From a virus, in the IMG/VR virus record IMGVR_UViG_3300027963_000048, positions 32,001 through 96,000 of that record: DNA of 64,000 nt. One strand, written 5' to 3'. The position numbers were made by a program, and so were the translations under genes. How positions within the stretch are numbered: the stretch's first letter is position 1; each line of letters starts with the position of its first letter. Positions 58,638-64,000 of this stretch are shown here, piece after piece. Under the pieces are notes generated by a model. That model ran no database searches. It saw nothing but the letters and a program-made list of their open reading frames with translations, and had not been told where the DNA came from.

Positions 58638-58838
58638 ATGACTTACAGTATTACGCGTTTTTTTGAAAACGGCAGCCGGGAATCGATCGCTACGGGTTTG
58701 AGCCTAGAGGAGGCGCAGACTCACTGCAAGGATCCGCAGACAAGTTCCAGGACTGCGTCGGAGTCCTGGGCTGTGGCTCTGACTGCTGAGCGCGGAAGGT
58801 GGTTTGATGGGTACGAGTCAGAGGATAATTTTATCTAG
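58638..58838 (+). CDS. Small phage protein, paralogue of 54361
   Basis: GLSLEEAQTHCKDPQTSSRTA...WFDGY. Confidence 0.7.
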   Translation: MTYSITRFFENGSRESIATGLSLEEAQTHCKDPQTSSRTASESWAVALTAERGRWFDGYESEDNFI

Positions 58839-58916
58839 GGGTGATTATCCTATTCATGGGACCCTGCCACAATTTGTTGTGGTGGGGCTTGTGGGTCATA
58901 GAAAGGGATATTAGCT

Positions 58917-59198
58917 ATGGCTGTGTGGCGTTATCGTGACTGTGTCAGTACGTTTAACGTTGGCGGTCAAGACCGCCAAGTTCGTATCCACTGGATCGAA
59001 CATCGTCGTAATGTCGATAATGTCGAGCTCGACTATTATGAGTTCGTGGACGGGTTAGACCCAGTAGAACTGGATCTAGACTTGGTGGAGTTCGAAGCGG
59101 TTCAAAATTCGACCCATTATTTGAGGTGGAATCATGATTGCGATTTGGAAGAATTGCCTAGGTTAAATTTAGAAGAAGGAGATGGTAATGTACGGTGA
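58917..59198 (+). CDS. Hypothetical acidic protein
   Basis: Promoter element upstream. Confidence 0.5.
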   Translation: MAVWRYRDCVSTFNVGGQDRQVRIHWIEHRRNVDNVELDYYEFVDGLDPVELDLDLVEFEAVQNSTHYLRWNHDCDLEELPRLNLEEGDGNVR

Positions 59199-59370
59199 AC
59201 CCTCATCTTATTATGATTTCTTCACACCTACGTTTAGCGAGCTAATTCATGATTACGCTCGTGGCGTAGGTGACCAACATCCTGATCGCTGTTGGCTCAC
59301 CACCCCTTATGACACCTTTGTACGTAACCCATTTTATGCCGGACCGGAACAGCCTTGCCCTGAACTTTAA
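59182..59370 (+). CDS. Hypothetical phage protein
   Basis: W..T.YDT...NPFY.GP.QP.PE. Confidence 0.6.
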   Translation: MVMYGEPSSYYDFFTPTFSELIHDYARGVGDQHPDRCWLTTPYDTFVRNPFYAGPEQPCPEL

Positions 59371-59457
59371 TCGAACGCAAACGGGTGGGGGGGATTTCTT
59401 CCCCCACCTTCTACTGCCACAAAATAATGTAACCGACCAATAACCAAGGAGGCCAAA

Positions 59458-59625
59458 ATGATCGAGCTAGAATTTGACATGTCTGTGCAGTTAACTGACA
59501 CCGAGAAGCTGTCGGCCATGCTCAGGTCGATTGCTGACCAAATCGACAGCGGCGCGTGTGGCAGCAAGATCATTAAGGATGGCTTGGCCGGCCAGTGGAG
59601 ACTCTACGACCCATACGAGCAATAG
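59458..59625 (+). CDS. Small protein (not in ORF track)
   Basis: AAGGAGG RBS, promoter element; MLRSIADQI...G..G.W. Confidence 0.6.
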   Translation: MIELEFDMSVQLTDTEKLSAMLRSIADQIDSGACGSKIIKDGLAGQWRLYDPYEQ

Positions 59626-59735
59626 TGGAGGGGGGATTTCTTCATCTGGCTTCTATTGTCATAATTTGGTGTAACCAAGGTAGTCGGGCTGTCACAGCTC
59701 GATGGGGACGGAAAGCTAACGTTAGGAGGTCTGGG

Positions 59736-60128
59736 ATGTCTTACTTGGAAGCTGCGTTTGATGCGGTGATCAAGGACAGCAAGCCGTCGGAGAAGTGGTA
59801 TGTGGTCCTCATGGAGGATAGCTCCTATTATGGAGGCCCGGAAGAAGGGGGCTGGTGGGGACATGATACTGACGTGCTGAAGTACGCGGTATTTAATAAC
59901 GAGGAAGCGGCTTTGCAAGCCAAGGAGCGCGTGAAGGAGTTGGCTGCTGAGTTGGAGGCCCAAGCTCGCACTGAGTATGGTGAGGGGTGTTTACGGCAGT
60001 TGGAGTGGTTGGATGCTCGCGGCTTGGATGCGGATTTCTTTCCTGAGGATGATGGTCCGAGTAGGTATTGGGTTTATTGTGGCCAGGAGATTCCTCAGCC
60101 CTCGGTTGGTCCGAGGCATTATGAGTAA
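59736..60128 (+). CDS. Conserved phage hypothetical protein
   Basis: YGGPEEGGWW...PRHYE; AGGAGG RBS. Confidence 0.7.
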   Translation: MSYLEAAFDAVIKDSKPSEKWYVVLMEDSSYYGGPEEGGWWGHDTDVLKYAVFNNEEAALQAKERVKELAAELEAQARTEYGEGCLRQLEWLDARGLDADFFPEDDGPSRYWVYCGQEIPQPSVGPRHYE

Positions 60129-60139
60129 ATAGGTTATTG

Positions 60140-60222
60140 CTCACCGTGGTGTAATGGCAGCCACAACGGACTTAAAATCCGTTGCTCGAAAGGGCGTATG
60201 GGTTCGAGTCCCATCGGTGAGA
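60140..60222 (+). tRNA. trnL: tRNA-Leu (anticodon TAA)
   Basis: Acceptor stem CTCACCG/CGGTGAG+A, anticodon arm ACGGA-CTTAAAA-TCCGT, long variable arm, GGTTCGAGTCC T-arm; CCA not encoded. Confidence 0.93.
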
Positions 60223-60240
60223 TTTGAAAGGATGTCAAGG

Positions 60241-60615
60241 ATGGTTAAGGTTCGGTTTCATTTGGCGCGTGGTGCCAATTTTAAGACGTGGCAGGTTATT
60301 GATAATGGTGTGGTTCGGTATTACGATCCAGATGCGGTGTGTTTAAGGATGTTCGGTTGTCGTTTGAAGAATCGTCGTCGAGTGGCAGATAAGATTTTTG
60401 CTGGCGAGGATAAGACGGTGTGTGCTTGGATTGATTGTGAGCGGGTTGAGGTGGGCGATAGTTCCTCCTTGGAAACACGAGATAATCAGAATATATTGTC
60501 TTTTAATCCGAAGGTTGTACCTTATTGGGTTCGCGATGGTGAGTGTGCTGAGAATCTCGATGGGATGGTATTTTCTGAAATAATTAGTAGGGGTCGTCGT
60601 CTTATTGTAATCTAA
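60241..60615 (+). CDS. Conserved phage hypothetical protein
   Basis: KVRFHL.RG.NF..WQV, L.N....A.KI..G..KTVCAWI.C. Confidence 0.65.
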   Translation: MVKVRFHLARGANFKTWQVIDNGVVRYYDPDAVCLRMFGCRLKNRRRVADKIFAGEDKTVCAWIDCERVEVGDSSSLETRDNQNILSFNPKVVPYWVRDGECAENLDGMVFSEIISRGRRLIVI

Positions 60616-60675
60616 TGGGAATGGGTGGAGTTCACCCATTCCACATTGTTCGTTTAGTCCAGGGTCTTGTGGTGG

Positions 60676-60906
60676 TTAGTTGGTGCCCCATGGGTTGGAA
60701 GGCAACAAGTGCCTATACGCTTTGCACAAGTATTCTTCAAGGTCTTCATCCTCCTGGAGGGCTTTCATGGCGTCAGAAGTGTTGCCATGCACGCGTTCAC
60801 TTATTACACCATTCGGGTAAGATACTTGCACGATGCGGAAACTGAGACCTTCCCATTCCACTGGCTTTCTGAAGATTCTGACTTTATCACTGGCGTAATC
60901 GAACAT
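60676..60906 (-). CDS. Hypothetical protein
   Basis: AAGGAG RBS and minus-strand promoter element. Confidence 0.55.
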   Translation of the reverse strand: MFDYASDKVRIFRKPVEWEGLSFRIVQVSYPNGVISERVHGNTSDAMKALQEDEDLEEYLCKAYRHLLPSNPWGTN

Positions 60907-61035
60907 CAGTCTTCTCCTTGTGGCTGGGGGCGGCTTGCCGGTCGTCAGCTCGCTCCCCCCGGCCCCGCTTTATTATGACAGCCCCCGGCGCCGGGGGAAA
61001 TCCCCCCCCGCAGCGCGGCGGAGGGGCATCACCTG

Positions 61036-61254
61036 TTATTGCTCGGCATTGGCACAGAATTGTGACAACTTCCAGGACGCTTCACTGCCGAGGACGTCGG
61101 CTAGTGCTCTGTGAATTTCCGTCGTGGGTCCTCCGGCGGAGACCCACGAGTGGTATTCGTTGAGGTGTTTCAATGTTTGGCCATATTCGCTGATTGCGTA
61201 CGCTTCGTACGCTTCTAGCAGGCAAGCTTCAGGGTCCAACTCTTCAGGGTCCAT
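61036..61254 (-). CDS. Hypothetical protein
   Basis: AAGGAGG RBS and minus-strand promoter element. Confidence 0.6.
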   Translation of the reverse strand: MDPEELDPEACLLEAYEAYAISEYGQTLKHLNEYHSWVSAGGPTTEIHRALADVLGSEASWKLSQFCANAEQ

Positions 61255-61398
61255 CTTAAACCTCCTTATTCTAGTGCCGTCACATCATTCTGTGGCAGTG
61301 CGTGCGAGATAGGAGAATCCCTATATGGGGGGGATTTCCTCCTGGCGTGACGGGTGTCACAGATGGGTGTGACCGAAGTAACCCTAGGAGACCCAACG

Positions 61399-61587
61399 AT
61401 GGAATTCTTGAAATCAGTCGAATTCGAGTTTGAAGGCAGCCTCTTCATTGCCACTCTGACTGACTCGGACGCGATGTCGGTGGCGGAGATCGATGTGTTT
61501 GGGCGAGACGATGACGCAAGAAATCGTCTCGAAGATGACGATTTCTATGACAGGATCTATCAGCATGTGAACAATCGTTTCGTTTAA
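61399..61587 (+). CDS. Hypothetical acidic protein
   Basis: AGGAG RBS and promoter element. Confidence 0.55.
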   Translation: MEFLKSVEFEFEGSLFIATLTDSDAMSVAEIDVFGRDDDARNRLEDDDFYDRIYQHVNNRFV

Positions 61588-61666
61588 TGTTGCGTGTGGT
61601 GGAGGGGGGGATTTTTCCCCTCCACCATTGCTGTCACAGTAAATCGTTAATGCAAAGGGGACTGCG

Positions 61667-61855
61667 ATGGAAAGAAAAAGTGGCGTACCGGTGTTGCACT
61701 TCTGCGATGAGGACCTGACACTCATCGGAATCGATCCAGAGCGCGTTGATGACGAAGCGTTCGAGCGCATCCTAGACGGGTTACGCGAATATTACAACAC
61801 ATCCTTCACGGATGTGTTGCAGGACATTGTGGCAGGTGTGTTGGACGGAGATTAG
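61667..61855 (+). CDS. Hypothetical acidic protein
   Basis: Promoter element upstream. Confidence 0.55.
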   Translation: MERKSGVPVLHFCDEDLTLIGIDPERVDDEAFERILDGLREYYNTSFTDVLQDIVAGVLDGD

Positions 61856-61917
61856 CCAACTGGCGGCAGTGGGGATTCCTCCCTCACCTGCCGACTGCCA
61901 TAAGTTGGTATAAGGAG

Positions 61918-62094
61918 ATGATGATGAAAAACGTCAGCGCACCGAAGCGTGTAGAACGCAAAATCACGATTGTTATCGACCAGACTCGCGTGAGCCGTGG
62001 CCACTTGGCAACGAGTGGGGCTGGGACTCACCAAGATCGTCGCCAAAGGCGGCGAAAGACTCGGTCGGCGGCACTTATGGCTTGCATGGAATAG
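61918..62094 (+). CDS. Small basic protein (not in ORF track)
   Basis: AAGGAG RBS; RGH...GAGTHQDRRQRRRKTR. Confidence 0.6.
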   Translation: MMMKNVSAPKRVERKITIVIDQTRVSRGHLATSGAGTHQDRRQRRRKTRSAALMACME

Positions 62095-62205
62095 GGGGAT
62101 TTCTCACCTGCCTTTTGTCTGTCACAATTGGTTATGAGAAGCCAAGCCGAGTGACGCTTGGCTAGTGGGTTACTTGTCAGACCAATCATTCACATGGAGC
62201 CGAAC

Positions 62206-62391
62206 ATGACCAAGCACCAGACAGCGCTATACGAAGCAACTACCACACTGATGGCTAAGCTCTCCATAATCTCAAACTATTTGGGTGTCGCCCTTATGTA
62301 TAACGACGACGGTAAACTCAAAAAGGCGATCGAACAACTCGATGAGGCCCAGAATCTCGCCATCACCATCCACAACAGTACCTCCCGATAA
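62206..62391 (+). CDS. Hypothetical protein
   Basis: GGAG RBS and promoter element. Confidence 0.5.
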   Translation: MTKHQTALYEATTTLMAKLSIISNYLGVALMYNDDGKLKKAIEQLDEAQNLAITIHNSTSR

Positions 62392-62569
62392 AGGCATAAT
62401 CTCCCCCACGGCATCTAAAGCTTGCGTAAATGCTTCCGCAAAAACGTCGACACAAATGTAGTTGCGCACTAACCTTGGAAACGGTGCGCGAGTTCAGGTG
62501 GGGGGATTTCTCCCCCACCATTTGGCTGCCACAGTTTAACGTAACCGACCCAAAACCAAGGAGACGAAA

Positions 62570-62971
62570 ATGAGCATCAGCGATTACAACATGATGACAG
62601 TCGGCAAAGCTAATTTCACACTTGCTAATGACAAACACCGATGGACATATCAGATCAACCAAAGCAAAGACGGAAGATGCTACTTCGTCAGTGTCCTGTC
62701 CGGCGCGGACAATAACGCTGACTATGCGTACCTTGGCATCTTCAAGCCTGAGAACGGGTCAGTCAGTCTCACAAAGGCATCGCGGTTCACGCCAGAATCA
62801 ATGCCCTTCAGGGCTGTAGCCTGGCTAGTGCAAACACTCAAAAAAGGCGAGCCGCTAACTCATAACTTCGAGCTAAAATGGGCCGACCAATGCCAACGAT
62901 GTGGCAGGACACTTACTGTCCCATCATCGATAGATAGTAGAATTGGGCCAGAATGCGCTAAGAAGGTGTAA
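62570..62971 (+). CDS. DUF6011-type zinc-binding protein
   Basis: L.G.DN..DY.YLG; CQRCGRTLTVPSSI...IGPECA. Confidence 0.75.
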   Translation: MSISDYNMMTVGKANFTLANDKHRWTYQINQSKDGRCYFVSVLSGADNNADYAYLGIFKPENGSVSLTKASRFTPESMPFRAVAWLVQTLKKGEPLTHNFELKWADQCQRCGRTLTVPSSIDSRIGPECAKKV

Positions 62972-62973
62972 CC

Positions 62974-63618
62974 GTGAGGCTACCCGATGATGTTAAAGAT
63001 GTGCATCTCCTTGGAGACATCCATGGAGATTATGGTAGGCATGATCGCGTTGCTAAAAAGCACCATTATACCATTCAATTGGGTGACTTTGGTTTCAAGT
63101 ATGATTCCTTAAGAAAACACGACCCGAGTTATCACAAAGTGCTTGGTGGTAATCATGATAATTATGATCTGATTGGTAATATGCCTCACTACTTGGGTGA
63201 CTTTGGTACTTTTGAATTAAGCTCACCGGAGTTCACTTATAGTGTTATTAAAGTGTTTTATATTAGGGGTGCAGATAGCATTGATAAACAGTTGCGTACG
63301 ATTGGTGTAGATTGGTGGCAAGATGAGCAATTGACTATGGCGAGGATGAATGAGGCTTTGGATTTGTATGGTAGCTACAGGCCGGATGTTTTGTTAAGTC
63401 ATTCTCCGCCGTCGTTTGCGATTGAGTGGTTTTGTGTTCCCAGGTTACCTTTTGCGTTGACTGAGTATTGCTTGGATGTTATGCATGAGGTTTATGCTCC
63501 GAAGTTGCATATTTTTGGGCATATGCATAAGACGAAGGTTAAGAAGTTTGGATCTACTAAGTTTGTTTGTGTTGATATTAATCAGACTATCAGTTTGGTA
63601 AAGTCTTTTCGTGGGTAG
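62974..63618 (+). CDS. Calcineurin-like metallophosphoesterase
   Basis: GDIHG, QLGDFG, GNHD, SHSPP, FGHMH. Confidence 0.9.
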   Translation: MRLPDDVKDVHLLGDIHGDYGRHDRVAKKHHYTIQLGDFGFKYDSLRKHDPSYHKVLGGNHDNYDLIGNMPHYLGDFGTFELSSPEFTYSVIKVFYIRGADSIDKQLRTIGVDWWQDEQLTMARMNEALDLYGSYRPDVLLSHSPPSFAIEWFCVPRLPFALTEYCLDVMHEVYAPKLHIFGHMHKTKVKKFGSTKFVCVDINQTISLVKSFRG

Positions 63619-63663
63619 GGTTGGGTGTCACAGTTGTTTGTGGTCAAAGTGTGGAGGTGTTGA

Positions 63664-63840
63664 ATGGAGTGTTTGGGGTGCGGTAAGACGATTCCGGCTG
63701 GTCGGTTGGAGATTTTCCCTCACACGCGGTTTTGTGTGGGGTGTGTTGATAAGCACCCGCAGGGGGTTAGTTATGATTATTCGCATGTGGTGGCGCAGTC
63801 GTCGTCATCTGGGCGTAATGGGTTTGCTAAGTCGGATTAG
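63664..63840 (+). CDS. DksA/TraR C4-type zinc-finger protein (not in ORF track)
   Basis: MECLGCGKTIPAGRLEIFPHTRFCVGC; GGAGG RBS; TGTCACA at 63626. Confidence 0.8.
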   Translation: MECLGCGKTIPAGRLEIFPHTRFCVGCVDKHPQGVSYDYSHVVAQSSSSGRNGFAKSD

Positions 63841-63861
63841 ATAAGAGTTGCTGTGTTGTGG

Positions 63862-63999
63862 TTAGCAGTCCCATTTTCTGAGGGCTTTGCAGATGTCTTT
63901 GTCTGGGTTGGCTCGACAGTCGATGTTGTGCATTTTCTTTTGGCCTTCCATTCTTGCGCAGAATGATTTTCGGCGTTTTGCTTTGGCTGGTGATTTTTT
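63862..63999 (-). CDS. 3' end of a gene with the conserved phage RRKSFCARM...KWxC domain (partial)
   Basis: Reverse-strand translation KRRKSFCARMEGQKKMHNIDC...ICKALRKWDC*. Confidence 0.65.
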   Translation of the reverse strand, partial: KKSPAKAKRRKSFCARMEGQKKMHNIDCRANPDKDICKALRKWDC

Positions 64000-64000
64000 G

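Larger units (their letters stand above)
49529..63632. promoter_or_regulatory. Dispersed family of GGATTT-N17-TG(T/C)CA(C/T)A elements, many with a hairpin (putative early promoters/cassette heads)
   Basis: Plus-strand starts at 51977, 53002, 53754, 54298, 54767, 55330, 56069, 57493, 57875, 58213 (N19), 58570, 58842, 59392, 59634, 61332, 61609, 61873, 62097, 62504; weaker at 49529, 50756, 63603; minus strand 57465-57494, 60974-61003, 61291-61320. Confidence 0.85.

Noticed and set aside
60154-60240. N-terminal extension of ORF 60154
   Set aside because: It is the tRNA-Leu sequence read in frame; the real start is downstream
39586-61096. 14-bp match CACTGCCGAGGACG at 39586 and 61083
   Set aside because: Matches of this length are expected by chance in 64 kb and the contexts are unrelated
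49529-63632. Repeated elements as a CRISPR array or integron attC sites
   Set aside because: The intervening sequences are whole genes of variable length, the repeats are degenerate, there is no consistent GTTRRRY core, and no cas or integrase gene is in the window
1-64000. Alternative genetic code
   Set aside because: Long ORFs tile the window under code 11 and all three stop codons end recognisable genes

Overview
The window looks like 64 kb of a large (probably jumbo, myovirus-like) tailed phage genome read in the standard code. Several host-like genes suggest a Planctomycetota host, which is an inference. Left part (1-37 kb): baseplate/tail genes, a gp2-like DNA end protector, about 15 glycosyltransferase/sugar-nucleotide/methyltransferase genes, and a family of proteins with a T4-like capsid-targeting leader (MKLxxI[L/I]E). 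Centre (37-49 kb): RarA, a MoxR-type AAA + vWA/metallopeptidase pair, a minimal ATP-dependent ligase, and a sharp A+C to G+T strand-skew flip at about 44.2-44.4 kb beside a tandem repeat with (TTGGT)n tracts, a candidate origin or genome end. Right part (49.5-64 kb): an array of small genes, a tRNA-Leu(UAA) and a DksA/TraR zinc-finger gene. Most of these genes are preceded by a composite element, often with a hairpin, of the form GGATTT-N17-TGYCAYA (about 27 copies in the window). The best candidate for a new system is a divergent sigma70-like protein (14135-15949) with putative prohead-protease processing sites at both ends. It may be a virion-delivered sigma factor that reads these non-canonical early promoters, which in turn look like mobile gene cassettes. 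All calls come from visual motif recognition, with no database searches.
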